This document shows positions 19,149-28,265 of a DNA stretch of 37,203 bases, one piece after another (position 1 is the first letter of the stretch; every line of letters begins with the position of its first letter). The stretch is from Bacteroidales bacterium (lineage in GTDB: Bacteria > Bacteroidota > Bacteroidia > Bacteroidales > UBA932). A model generated the notes under the pieces. That model was not told where the DNA came from and ran no database searches. It saw only the letters and a list, made by a program, of their open reading frames with translations. The DNA is taken from positions 1 to 37,203 of the forward strand of contig JBOFMS010000002.1 in the NCBI GenBank assembly GCA_051658505.1, read 5' to 3'. A program made the position numbers and the translations under genes.

Positions 19149-20234
19149 TTAGTAAGAAAAAAGCCAACCTTCGCCATATTTTTGACTCAACAATATCAAT
19201 TGTTTTTCTGCCTCATACTGACTTGTACTTTTGTATAGTACTACGGTATACTTCTTATCATTGTCAGTTGTAACAACAATTTCTGGCTGTAATCCCCAAC
19301 CATTTAACACTATACTAAACGCCTTTGCATCATCTAAGGATGGAAAGGCAGAAATCGCAACATAAAATACTCCTCGTTGTAATCCTGAAATCTTAGGTAC
19401 ATAAGGAGCAAAAGCAGTTGTGGAAGATTGAGATTCTCCATAAAGCATTTGCGACAACTCTTCACTAAACCATAAAGCTGCTGCAATAATTCCTGAAACA
19501 GTAAAAATGCAGAAAATCCACAGCAAACCCTTATTGGATTTTCGCCTTGGCATAACAGGGGGAGGAGGTACATTTTCTCTTGGTACTCGAGGTGCATTAT
19601 GAAGTGCTTGCAACTTTAAATCATGTATTCTTTTTGCCTCACGACGCATCTCGTCATCTGTATCTTCATCAGCGGTCAAAGGGATTGCTTCTCTACGATC
19701 TTTAAGTGTCTTCATCCAATTTTCAACAGACTGTTTCGCAGCATCTAACTCTCGTCCCTTTTGTTCAACCAATCCAATTGGGGTATACACGCCAACTTGC
19801 GATGCAGTAGGATCTACAAATGCTCGTTTTGGAGCAATACTCTCAATCGGTTGATATTGCTTTTTCACCGCAGCGTCTGAAATTAATTCTTGATGTTTTT
19901 GTTGCGCCTGAAACTCATCAGCAGCTCGCATAAATTGGATAAGCCCATGCGCATCTTCATAAAAAAAACCCATGCGGCTGATGTAGTAAATTTTCTTTTC
20001 AGAGATATTTTTTTTTATGTCAGCAACAAATTGCGAAACTCTTTCTGAGGCTAATTCTTTTGTCAAATTTTCTTTTTTGGCAACATAATCTTCTAAAAGG
20101 CTATCATTATATCGTAAAAAAGGGCTAAAGGTAGTTTTATCAAGGGTTTTATAGCGAGTTAAAAAAGCTCCAAGACCAGGAATAATAACCCTCGGATTTT
20201 CCTGTACAAATTCAGCTAAATAACTATTTATCAT
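19149..20234 (-). CDS. SPOR-domain protein with an N-terminal HU-like (HU-CCDC81-type) domain and a central TM helix
   Basis: The N-terminus reads INSYLAEFVQENPRVIIPGLGAF. The TM helix is LLWIFCIFTVSGIIAAALWF. The C-terminal SPOR-like segment is FYVAISAFPSLDDAKAF...YTVVLYKSTSQYEAEKQL. I prefer the ATG at 20234 over the TTG at 20264. Confidence 0.75.
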   Translation of the reverse strand: MINSYLAEFVQENPRVIIPGLGAFLTRYKTLDKTTFSPFLRYNDSLLEDYVAKKENLTKELASERVSQFVADIKKNISEKKIYYISRMGFFYEDAHGLIQFMRAADEFQAQQKHQELISDAAVKKQYQPIESIAPKRAFVDPTASQVGVYTPIGLVEQKGRELDAAKQSVENWMKTLKDRREAIPLTADEDTDDEMRREAKRIHDLKLQALHNAPRVPRENVPPPPVMPRRKSNKGLLWIFCIFTVSGIIAAALWFSEELSQMLYGESQSSTTAFAPYVPKISGLQRGVFYVAISAFPSLDDAKAFSIVLNGWGLQPEIVVTTDNDKKYTVVLYKSTSQYEAEKQLILLSQKYGEGWLFSY

Positions 20235-20268
20235 GCAATTAAAACTTTTACACCTAAATTTCAACGCC

Positions 20269-20276
20269 CAAAGGTA
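20269..20276 (-). promoter_or_regulatory. -7 box (TAnnTTTG on the minus strand) upstream of the SPOR gene
   Basis: Plus-strand CAAAGGTA is TACCTTTG on the minus strand. It lies 34 nt upstream of the ATG at 20234. Confidence 0.45.
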
Positions 20277-20687
20277 ACAAAAACCTTATTGTAAAACAAA
20301 CAAAAGGCAATAATCCACAAAAGCAGTTAATATATAGGGGCAGAATATTGCCTGAAAGCAAAAGTTGCTTGAGTAAAATCTATAAAGTGAGCTGTCCTCT
20401 CAATTTGAACATAAACAAATCAATTTAATGTGGAAGGCAGTGCGGTAACTTTGAAGGGATTTATTGGCATACTTAGAAAAGGGAAGTACACAATACATTA
20501 TGAAAAGAAAAACAACGATCAAAAATTTAGCCACAAAGCATCACGCTATCCATGGACTAAAAGTAAGATGAGATAAGGATATAAGAAAATCCATATACAA
20601 CTACTTTTAAGCCAATATTAGTGCTTACTTGTGAACAATGCTCTTATGTAATAGAAAACTTTTTTAGCATACCTAAGTTAGAACTCC

Positions 20688-20695
20688 TATATTTG
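20688..20695 (+). promoter_or_regulatory. -7 box (TAnnTTTG) about 213 nt upstream of the binding-protein gene
   Basis: TATATTTG. This is the only consensus box I found between 20277 and the ATG at 20909, and it implies a long 5' leader. Confidence 0.4.
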
Positions 20696-20908
20696 CGGCA
20701 TCTTAAAAACGCCTCTCGATTTTTCGAGACAAATAAAGCAGTATATCCACTATTATAATCATATCAACGAAATGAGAACGATATAATACAAAAAATTATT
20801 TGTACTGAACGTTTTGGGAACGTACAGTACAACACTCATAAAACAAAACACCTTATAACGTAGCAGTAATCAACAAAAACGCTTTCGAGGCATTAAATTG
20901 GTATAGAT

Positions 20909-22015
20909 ATGACATTTTCAAACATTTTTCAACTATCATTTTTCGCACTATTAATTGCAACAAGCACTCTATCATGTACGCATACACAGCGCAAAGGCAA
21001 TAATGTTGCATTGGGAAACTTTTATAACCCTCGCTACGCTACAGGTTTTTGCATTGATAGTTTGAATGGAATGAAAGTGCTACAAATTTTAACTGCATTT
21101 GAACAAAAAAAAATAGTGCGCCACAGCTATCACTTAGATAAAAAAGCCTGTCGTATTATATGCCTATCAACCACTCATATTGCAATGTTGAAAGGTATTG
21201 AACATGAGGATAAAATTGTAGGAGTAACAAATGCAAAACTCGTGTATGATTCAATATTTGTTGCCAGTTGCTCATCAGGAAAAGTTGTTGATATTGGCTC
21301 TGACGGGATTCTTAACATTGAAAAAATTTGCAGTTTACAACCTGATTTAATTTTGGCTTATGATATTGCAGGAGAACTTAGTGGGACAATGCAAAAACTC
21401 GCAGAATTAAAGATCCCTATAATGTACATTGGAGAGTACTCCGAAAAACACCCGCTTGGAAAAGTGGAGTGGATTGTAGCTCTTGCAGCATTATTTGGTA
21501 GTGAGGACAAGTCAATTGCCATTTTTAATGAGATTGAAAAGGCTTACACAAACGTCAAAAAACTTGCAACTCAAGCCAATGAAAATGCAAAGGTTCTACT
21601 CAATGCACCTTGGAGCAATGCTTGGTTTTTACCTGGACAACAAAGTTACATGAACACTTTTTTACTTGATGCAAAAGGAGAAAGTGTAGTGCCTCTAGTG
21701 AATCAGAGTGAGAGTTATCCTTTTGACCTTGAATATATTTTTGGCTTTGGAAGACAGGCAGAGGTTTGGCTAAATCCAGGGCAAGCACAATCTGTAAAAG
21801 AATTAGACGCTATGCACCCACTTATCCCAAAAATGCAAAACTGTACAAAAACTCGCATCTACAATAACAACAAACGCATGAACATCAACGGGGGCAATGA
21901 TTTTTTTGAATCAGGCGTAATCAACCCTCATCTTATTTTAAAGGACTTAATTGCAATTTTGCACCCTACCCTTTTACCCAACCACTCACTTGTGTATTAT
22001 CAGCAGTTAAAATAA
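20909..22015 (+). CDS. ABC-transporter periplasmic substrate-binding lipoprotein, Fe-siderophore/cobalamin class (PF01497-like, BtuF-like)
   Basis: Signal peptide with lipobox (TLSC); IICLSTTHIAMLKGIEHEDKIVGV and LQPDLILAY are typical of this class; 368 aa. Confidence 0.75.
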   Translation: MTFSNIFQLSFFALLIATSTLSCTHTQRKGNNVALGNFYNPRYATGFCIDSLNGMKVLQILTAFEQKKIVRHSYHLDKKACRIICLSTTHIAMLKGIEHEDKIVGVTNAKLVYDSIFVASCSSGKVVDIGSDGILNIEKICSLQPDLILAYDIAGELSGTMQKLAELKIPIMYIGEYSEKHPLGKVEWIVALAALFGSEDKSIAIFNEIEKAYTNVKKLATQANENAKVLLNAPWSNAWFLPGQQSYMNTFLLDAKGESVVPLVNQSESYPFDLEYIFGFGRQAEVWLNPGQAQSVKELDAMHPLIPKMQNCTKTRIYNNNKRMNINGGNDFFESGVINPHLILKDLIAILHPTLLPNHSLVYYQQLK

Positions 22016-22046
22016 TTGCTCTTTTTGCAACTTGTGCTTTTAGTTA

Positions 22047-22054
22047 TACCTTTG
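22047..22054 (+). promoter_or_regulatory. -7 box (TAnnTTTG) upstream of porQ
   Basis: TACCTTTG lies 26 nt before the ATG at 22081. Confidence 0.5.
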
Positions 22055-22080
22055 TGCCACACAGGCACATTTTTGTGTAA

Positions 22081-23100
22081 ATGCTCAAAAAAACCATTAT
22101 CGCATCATACCTTTTAACCCAAATATCGCTTCATTGTGTAGCGCAGATTGGTGGGCAAAGCACGTATAATTTCCTCAAAGTTAACTCCTCACCAAAACTT
22201 GCTGCAATGGGTGGAGTAATTGAAGTGCCAATTTATAATGATGTCGGCATGATTGCCTACAACCCAACACTACTCGACAGCAGTTTACATCAGCAAATTG
22301 GGGTAAATTATCTACACTACCCTGGCAATATTTCACACACAGCAGTAAACGGAGCATTATGTCACAAGTATGGAACATTTGGCATAAGTTTCATTAGTTT
22401 CAACTATGGAGTAATGGAACATTTTGATGAAATAGGCACACATTTAGGGCAATTTAACGCCAATGAGTTTGCAATAAGTGCACACTACTCTCACACCCTT
22501 TGGCGCAACATAAGTACAAGCCTAAGTTTGAGCAGTATTATATCACAATTGGAACGTTACAAATCATATGGGCTAGCAATAAATTTAGGAGTACGCTACA
22601 CCAGTAGTAACAAACTGTTTAGCACTTCATTACTTTTAAAAAATATTGGCAGCCAATTAAAACCCTACACTGAGGACAATTATGAATCACTGCCCTTTGA
22701 AGTACAATGGGGATTTTCTCATAAATTTGAGAATGCTCCACTTGGCATATCACTAAGTTTAACCGATCTGCAAAACTTCAAACTCTACAATAATACAAAA
22801 ACAAATACATCCGTAGATGATCAAGCCGAACTATGGTTTATGCGCGCAGGAAAGGAGTTTTTAAGCCACGTAAACATTGGAGTTTCAATTATCCCAACAA
22901 AATACCTCTCTATTATGGGCGGCTATAATTTTCGTCGACAAAATGAACTATCTGTGGGAGACAAATTAGGAGGAGCAGGATTTTCTCTAGGATTTGCATT
23001 ACATTTACGGCAAATTGAACTTAGTTATGGTTTAGCGATGTATCATGTTTCTGCCAATAGCCACCATATTGGACTTATCATTAAATTATACAATTCATAA
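22081..23100 (+). CDS. porQ: Type IX secretion system outer-membrane protein PorQ
   Basis: 339 aa with a signal peptide. GGQSTYNFLKVNSSPKLAAMGG matches the PorQ N-terminal signature as I recall it. The sequence has a beta-barrel-like alternating pattern, and porQ-cmk adjacency is common in Bacteroidota. Confidence 0.65.
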   Translation: MLKKTIIASYLLTQISLHCVAQIGGQSTYNFLKVNSSPKLAAMGGVIEVPIYNDVGMIAYNPTLLDSSLHQQIGVNYLHYPGNISHTAVNGALCHKYGTFGISFISFNYGVMEHFDEIGTHLGQFNANEFAISAHYSHTLWRNISTSLSLSSIISQLERYKSYGLAINLGVRYTSSNKLFSTSLLLKNIGSQLKPYTEDNYESLPFEVQWGFSHKFENAPLGISLSLTDLQNFKLYNNTKTNTSVDDQAELWFMRAGKEFLSHVNIGVSIIPTKYLSIMGGYNFRRQNELSVGDKLGGAGFSLGFALHLRQIELSYGLAMYHVSANSHHIGLIIKLYNS

Positions 23101-23113
23101 CATATCTCATTCC

Positions 23114-23791
23114 ATGAAACAAGATATTATTATTGCCATTGATGGGTATTCTGCCTGCGGAAAAAGCACTTTTGCCAAAGCTATTGCCAAGCGATTAGGC
23201 TACCGATTTATTGACACAGGTGCAATGTATCGCTCTGTAACCCTGTATGCATTAGAACATCAAATCATTCGCCCAGACGACTCGATTGACAAGGAAGCAC
23301 TTATTATGGCACTCCCAAAAATTAACATTCAACTTAACTACAATAAGAAAACAGAAAGAACAGAAACCTTTTTGAACAAAAAAAATGTAGAAGAGGAGAT
23401 ACGCCTTGCACTCGTGTCAAAATATGTAAGCCGTATTGCTGAAATAGCAGAAGTGCGAAAACGCATGGTTGCACTACAACAAGAAATGGGAAAAAGTAAA
23501 TGTATCGTTATGGACGGTAGAGATATTGGCACGGCGGTTTTTCCAAACGCAGACCTCAAGATTTTCATGACTGCTAATTCCGAGATACGCACTCAAAGAC
23601 GATATGATGAAATGCTAAAAAAAGGAAAAAAAATCTCTTTTGAAGAAATTCGGAAAAATTTACAAGAGCGCGACCATATTGACGAGAATCGTAGTAACAG
23701 TCCTCTATCAAAAGCAAAAGATGCTTTTTTGCTAGACAATAGCAATATGAGTCTGGAGCAACAAATGGAGTGGATAATGAACTTAATATAA
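23114..23791 (+). CDS. cmk: Cytidylate kinase
   Basis: IAIDGYSACGKST P-loop and IDTGAMYR. I use the ATG at 23114 (225 aa) because the ORF-track start at 23045 overlaps porQ. Confidence 0.92.
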   Translation: MKQDIIIAIDGYSACGKSTFAKAIAKRLGYRFIDTGAMYRSVTLYALEHQIIRPDDSIDKEALIMALPKINIQLNYNKKTERTETFLNKKNVEEEIRLALVSKYVSRIAEIAEVRKRMVALQQEMGKSKCIVMDGRDIGTAVFPNADLKIFMTANSEIRTQRRYDEMLKKGKKISFEEIRKNLQERDHIDENRSNSPLSKAKDAFLLDNSNMSLEQQMEWIMNLI

Positions 23792-23802
23792 AACTGCAAA
23801 TA

Positions 23803-24354
23803 CTAAAATTGTATTTGAAATCTAGCAATATACTGCTCTAAAAAGATAGGACTTACTCCTTTTAGACTCTGAAAGGATTGAGGTGTTAAGTTCCCTTTAA
23901 TATCTATACAGTAAAAAACTCCCGTAGGTTCAACAAGAAACATCAATAAATTAGCAATTACAGAGGTCTGCTTGTTTTTCCACGAATACAAATATAAGGA
24001 ATACTCTTGCTGATATACAGGAGAGTGAACGGTGTATATGCGCTCCTCTGCTCGCCGCATTAACTCCTCAAGAACTTCTTGATTGGGGATACTGTAAATT
24101 TGCAGTTTACAAACATGACCGAGAAAAACCTTTAAGGCAGCTTCTTGTGGTACCTCATCATCTAAAAAGGGAGTCATCAAACCTGTATTAAGAGTAATGC
24201 TCTTTTCACGCACTCCAAGACGCAGAAACTCTTTTTGAATACTCAAATCTGAGCCTTGAGGGGCTCCACAGGAAAATGCTAAGGACAATAAAAAAAAAAG
24301 AAAATTCCTCAAAGCAATTTTAAATTTGATTCCAACAAATATACAAAAATACAT
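23803..24354 (-). CDS. Hypothetical lipoprotein
   Basis: 183 aa from the ATG at 24354, with a signal peptide and lipobox (LAFSCG). No recognisable domain. The start codon is uncertain (GTG at 24363 is an alternative). Confidence 0.55.
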   Translation of the reverse strand: MYFCIFVGIKFKIALRNFLFFLLSLAFSCGAPQGSDLSIQKEFLRLGVREKSITLNTGLMTPFLDDEVPQEAALKVFLGHVCKLQIYSIPNQEVLEELMRRAEERIYTVHSPVYQQEYSLYLYSWKNKQTSVIANLLMFLVEPTGVFYCIDIKGNLTPQSFQSLKGVSPIFLEQYIARFQIQF

Positions 24355-24500
24355 TTGTAGCACACGTAAGCACCATATAGTGCTTAACTAAATTTACCAC
24401 CCATTTCAAAACAAGCACAAACTGAATAGAAATAGAAGTTTGTACAAAACTGTTCATAAATTCTACGGCAAAAAAAACTCTTCAAAAAGAAACTTTGTTG

Positions 24501-24508
24501 TAGTTTTG
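24501..24508 (+). promoter_or_regulatory. -7 box (TAnnTTTG) upstream of dnaE
   Basis: TAGTTTTG lies 55 nt before the ATG at 24564. Confidence 0.4.
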
Positions 24509-24563
24509 CAGAATAGGAAGAAGTCAGTTACTCACAATACAAGTCCCAATATTTCAAACAACT

Positions 24564-27500
24564 ATGTTCGCACATCTCCATGTACACACCGAATACTCCA
24601 CCTTGGATGGAGCATCTAAAATTAGCCACTTAGTAAAAAAAGCAGTAGAAGACGGAATGCCTGCAATTGCAATTACCGATCATGGCAATATGTTCGGAGT
24701 AAAAGATTTCTTTGATTGCATATCAAAAACAAATGGAAAAGATACACCAAAAATAAAACCAATTATTGGCTGTGAAGTCTATGTGGCAGAAAACTCTCGC
24801 TTTGATAAAAATGGCAAGACTGATGCAAGTGGCTATCACTTAATTCTATTGGCAAAAAACAAAATAGGATACCATAATTTGACAAAACTGGTATCACTTG
24901 GGCACCTTGATGGGATGTATTACAAGCCTCGCATTGACAAAGAAATATTAACGAAATATAAAGAAGGACTTATCGTATCATCAGCCTGCTTAGCAGGAGA
25001 AATTCCGTACAATATCAATCGAGGTAATCTGCAAAAGGCAGAAGAGGTAATATTGTGGTACAAAAACTTATTTGCTGATGATTTCTACATAGAAATCCAA
25101 CGCCACAAAGCTACTGACCCCGACGCTGCACAAGACACCTACCCTACACAACAAGCGGTTAATGAGCAAATTATTCCCCTTGCAAGAAAGCATAACATCA
25201 AAGTCATTGCAACTAATGATGTACATTTTGTAAACGAGGACGAGGCTTTAGCACATGACCGACTATTATGCGTGAGTACCAATAGCGATGTCAACAATCC
25301 CACTCGTATGCGTTACTCTCGACAAGAGTGGTTCAAGACTACGGCTGAAATGCAAGCGATTTTTGCAGACATTCCAGAGGCAATTAGTAATACGCTTGAG
25401 ATTGCAGAAAAGGTCGAGTTCTATGACATCAACAGTAAACCACTGATGCCCGACTTTACGCTACCCAAAGGTTTTGAAAACGAGGGAGATTACTTGTGCC
25501 ACTTGACTTACAACGGTAGCGAAGACGGCATGATTCCTGGAGTAAAAATCCGTTACCCTGAACTTACTGATGAAATTAAGGAGCGGATAGACTTTGAGTT
25601 AGACACGATGATTAACATGGGTTTCCCTGGGTATTTTTTAATCGTACAAGACTTCATTGCAGCAGCTCGCAGAATGGGCGTTTCTGTAGGGCCTGGAAGA
25701 GGGTCGGCAGCAGGCTCTGTAGTAGCTTACTGCCTTCGCATTACAGACATTGACCCCTTAAAATACGGTTTGCTTTTCGAGCGTTTTTTGAACCCCGACC
25801 GTATATCAATGCCCGATATTGATATTGACTTTGATGACAATGGTCGAGGAAAAGTGCTACAATATGTTACCGAGAAATATGGCAAGGAAAAGGTTGCACA
25901 AATTGTTACATTCACAACAATGGCAGCAAAGTCAGCCTTAAAAGACATCGCAAGAGTAGAGCAATTGCCACTATCTGAAAGCACTCGCTTAACCAAATTG
26001 ATTGACCAACTTGAGAAAGATGACATAGACAAGGCAACAAAAACAAATACAGTAATAAAAAAAGCCATTGAGAAAATTCCAGAAATGAGAGCCGCAGCAG
26101 AATCTCCCGATAAGATTTTGCACGAAACGATGGAGTTTGCTCAAAAACTTGAAGGCACTGTGCGCAACGTAGGAGTACACGCTTGCGGAGTGATTATTGG
26201 ATCTGATGATTTGAAAAACATTGTCCCCATAAGCATCGCAAAAGATAAAGAAACGGGAGAAAACATTGCAGTTGTACAATATGAGGGTTCAAAAATTGAA
26301 GACGTTGGACTTATCAAGATGGATTTTTTGGGTCTCAAAACACTATCTATCTTAAACGAAGCAGTAAATAATATTGAGCACACGCACAACATTAAACTTG
26401 ACTTAACCAAAATTCCAATAGACGACAAATCCACCTACGATATGTTTAGTAGAGGTGACACGGTAGGGATATTTCAGTTTGAAAGTGATGGTATGCGCAA
26501 GCACCTTCGCGACCTACGCCCCTCTGTTTTTGAAGACTTAATTGCAATGAACGCCCTATATCGTCCAGGTCCAATGCAGTATATTCCCGACTACATTGAC
26601 CGCAAACATGGACGCAAAAAAGTAGAGTATGACATCCCCGAAATGGAAAATATCCTGAAAGAGACTTACGGGATTACCGCCTATCAAGAGCAGGTGATGC
26701 TTTTGTCACGCACACTAGCGAACTTTACACGAGGAGAAAGTGATGAATTGCGTAAGGCGATGGGAAAAAAAATTAGAGAAAAGCTTTTGGCATTAAAGCC
26801 CAAATTTATTGCAGGCTGTAAAGCCAATAATCATGACGAAAAAAAGGTTGAAAAAATTTGGAGCGACTGGGAAGAGTTTGCCAACTATGCCTTTAACAAA
26901 TCACACTCTGCCTGCTACGCTTGGATAGCCTACCAAACTGGCTACATCAAGGCAAACTATCTGCCTGAATACATGGCAGCCTTACTAAGTTGCAACATCT
27001 CAAGCATGGTGGAGATTTCAAAATTTATGGACGAGTGTAGGCGACTAAATATTGAAGTACTTACACCTGATGTAAATGAGAGCAACATTACCTTTTCAGT
27101 AAATAAAGAAGGAAATATTCGCTTTGGACTCGGTGCCATAAAGGGAGTTGGAGAGGCTGCGGCAAACGACATTGTTAAAGAACGCAGAGAGAATGGAGCA
27201 TTCAAAGATGTTTTCGATTTTTTTGAGCGAGTTAATCTACAATCAGTAAACAAGCGCATGCTTGAATCTCTATTTGGTTCAGGAGCCTTTGACGCTTTTA
27301 AAATTCCTCGTGAAGCATATATGCTACCTAACCGAGAGGGAGTGCCATTTATTGAAGTCCTTACACGTTATGGCTTGCGTATGCAAACCGAGAAAAACTC
27401 ATCTCAACAATCGCTTTTTGGAGACGCCACTGATGCTGAAATGATACAACGCCCAAATGTACCTGAACTACCCAGCGAACCTAATTCTTTAGAAAGATTA

Positions 27501-28148
27501 AAACTTGAAAAAGAATTGGTTGGAGTATATTTGTCAGGACACCCACTCGACCAATATAAATCCATTCAAGCAAGTATGGTAAATCATTCGTTAAGTGATT
27601 TGAATAACTTACCACCACTTGAAAATAAGAACATTACGCTAATGGGCATGGTAGTTGGAGGCGTTGAGCGCATCACAAAAAGTGGTGATTTATTTAGCGA
27701 GTTAACCTTAGAGGATTATACTGGAACCTATAAGTTTGTATTTTTCAAAAAAGACCACTTAAAGTTTGGAGCCTTTGCACAAGTTGGGCTTTCAATTTTG
27801 GTAAAAGGGATTGTACGAGAACCTCGCTACAAAAAACAAGATAACTCTAATAGTCCTAAATTATTGAGATTTGAAGTAAGCTCCATTGAGTTGTTAAGCG
27901 AGGTGCGTGATAATATAAAGAACATTACCATTACCCTCCCTATTAACGAAAAAGACTCAAACTTTTGCAAGGAGTTAATAACACATATTCACAACTGCGA
28001 AAGAGGCGACACCAAAGTTACAATCAACGTAATAAATACCGCATCAAAAGTTTCATGCGAACTAAAAACTCGCTCCTTAAGCATTGCTCTAAATAGTCAA
28101 TTAGAACATTTTCTTAGAGAACATAATGTAACGTTTAAGATAGGATAA
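24564..28148 (+). CDS. dnaE: DNA polymerase III alpha subunit
   Basis: 1194 aa. N-terminal PHP domain (HLHVHTEYSTLDG), polymerase core (PDIDIDF, MDFLGLKTL), HhH region, and C-terminal OB-fold region. The length gives no sign of an intein. Confidence 0.96.
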   Translation: MFAHLHVHTEYSTLDGASKISHLVKKAVEDGMPAIAITDHGNMFGVKDFFDCISKTNGKDTPKIKPIIGCEVYVAENSRFDKNGKTDASGYHLILLAKNKIGYHNLTKLVSLGHLDGMYYKPRIDKEILTKYKEGLIVSSACLAGEIPYNINRGNLQKAEEVILWYKNLFADDFYIEIQRHKATDPDAAQDTYPTQQAVNEQIIPLARKHNIKVIATNDVHFVNEDEALAHDRLLCVSTNSDVNNPTRMRYSRQEWFKTTAEMQAIFADIPEAISNTLEIAEKVEFYDINSKPLMPDFTLPKGFENEGDYLCHLTYNGSEDGMIPGVKIRYPELTDEIKERIDFELDTMINMGFPGYFLIVQDFIAAARRMGVSVGPGRGSAAGSVVAYCLRITDIDPLKYGLLFERFLNPDRISMPDIDIDFDDNGRGKVLQYVTEKYGKEKVAQIVTFTTMAAKSALKDIARVEQLPLSESTRLTKLIDQLEKDDIDKATKTNTVIKKAIEKIPEMRAAAESPDKILHETMEFAQKLEGTVRNVGVHACGVIIGSDDLKNIVPISIAKDKETGENIAVVQYEGSKIEDVGLIKMDFLGLKTLSILNEAVNNIEHTHNIKLDLTKIPIDDKSTYDMFSRGDTVGIFQFESDGMRKHLRDLRPSVFEDLIAMNALYRPGPMQYIPDYIDRKHGRKKVEYDIPEMENILKETYGITAYQEQVMLLSRTLANFTRGESDELRKAMGKKIREKLLALKPKFIAGCKANNHDEKKVEKIWSDWEEFANYAFNKSHSACYAWIAYQTGYIKANYLPEYMAALLSCNISSMVEISKFMDECRRLNIEVLTPDVNESNITFSVNKEGNIRFGLGAIKGVGEAAANDIVKERRENGAFKDVFDFFERVNLQSVNKRMLESLFGSGAFDAFKIPREAYMLPNREGVPFIEVLTRYGLRMQTEKNSSQQSLFGDATDAEMIQRPNVPELPSEPNSLERLKLEKELVGVYLSGHPLDQYKSIQASMVNHSLSDLNNLPPLENKNITLMGMVVGGVERITKSGDLFSELTLEDYTGTYKFVFFKKDHLKFGAFAQVGLSILVKGIVREPRYKKQDNSNSPKLLRFEVSSIELLSEVRDNIKNITITLPINEKDSNFCKELITHIHNCERGDTKVTINVINTASKVSCELKTRSLSIALNSQLEHFLREHNVTFKIG

Positions 28149-28222
28149 AATTTCTCATTAAGCCGACATATAAATGAGGAAAGCCTACTTAGGCTTATCA
28201 CATTTTTTTCTACCCTTTTTCT

Positions 28223-28230
28223 TATCTTTG
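28223..28230 (+). promoter_or_regulatory. -7 box (TAnnTTTG) upstream of ugd
   Basis: TATCTTTG lies 35 nt before the ATG at 28266. Confidence 0.5.
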
Positions 28231-28265
28231 TTTCGTTTTTTTAATAACAAATTGCACAGCAAATT

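Noticed and set aside
20500-20571. 23-codon ORF (MKRKTTIKNLATKHHAIHGLKVR) in the long spacer
   Set aside because: It is too short and too compositionally ordinary for A-rich DNA, and no promoter box sits in front of it. I keep it only as a note within the spacer finding.
20688-20908. Cobalamin riboswitch upstream of the BtuF-like gene
   Set aside because: One is expected from the gene context, but the leader lacks the B12 box (GCCACTG-like) and the GGGAA...GGTG.AA.TCC core. The AAAAGGGAAG at about 20477-20486 lies upstream of the promoter box and is not followed by the other conserved elements.
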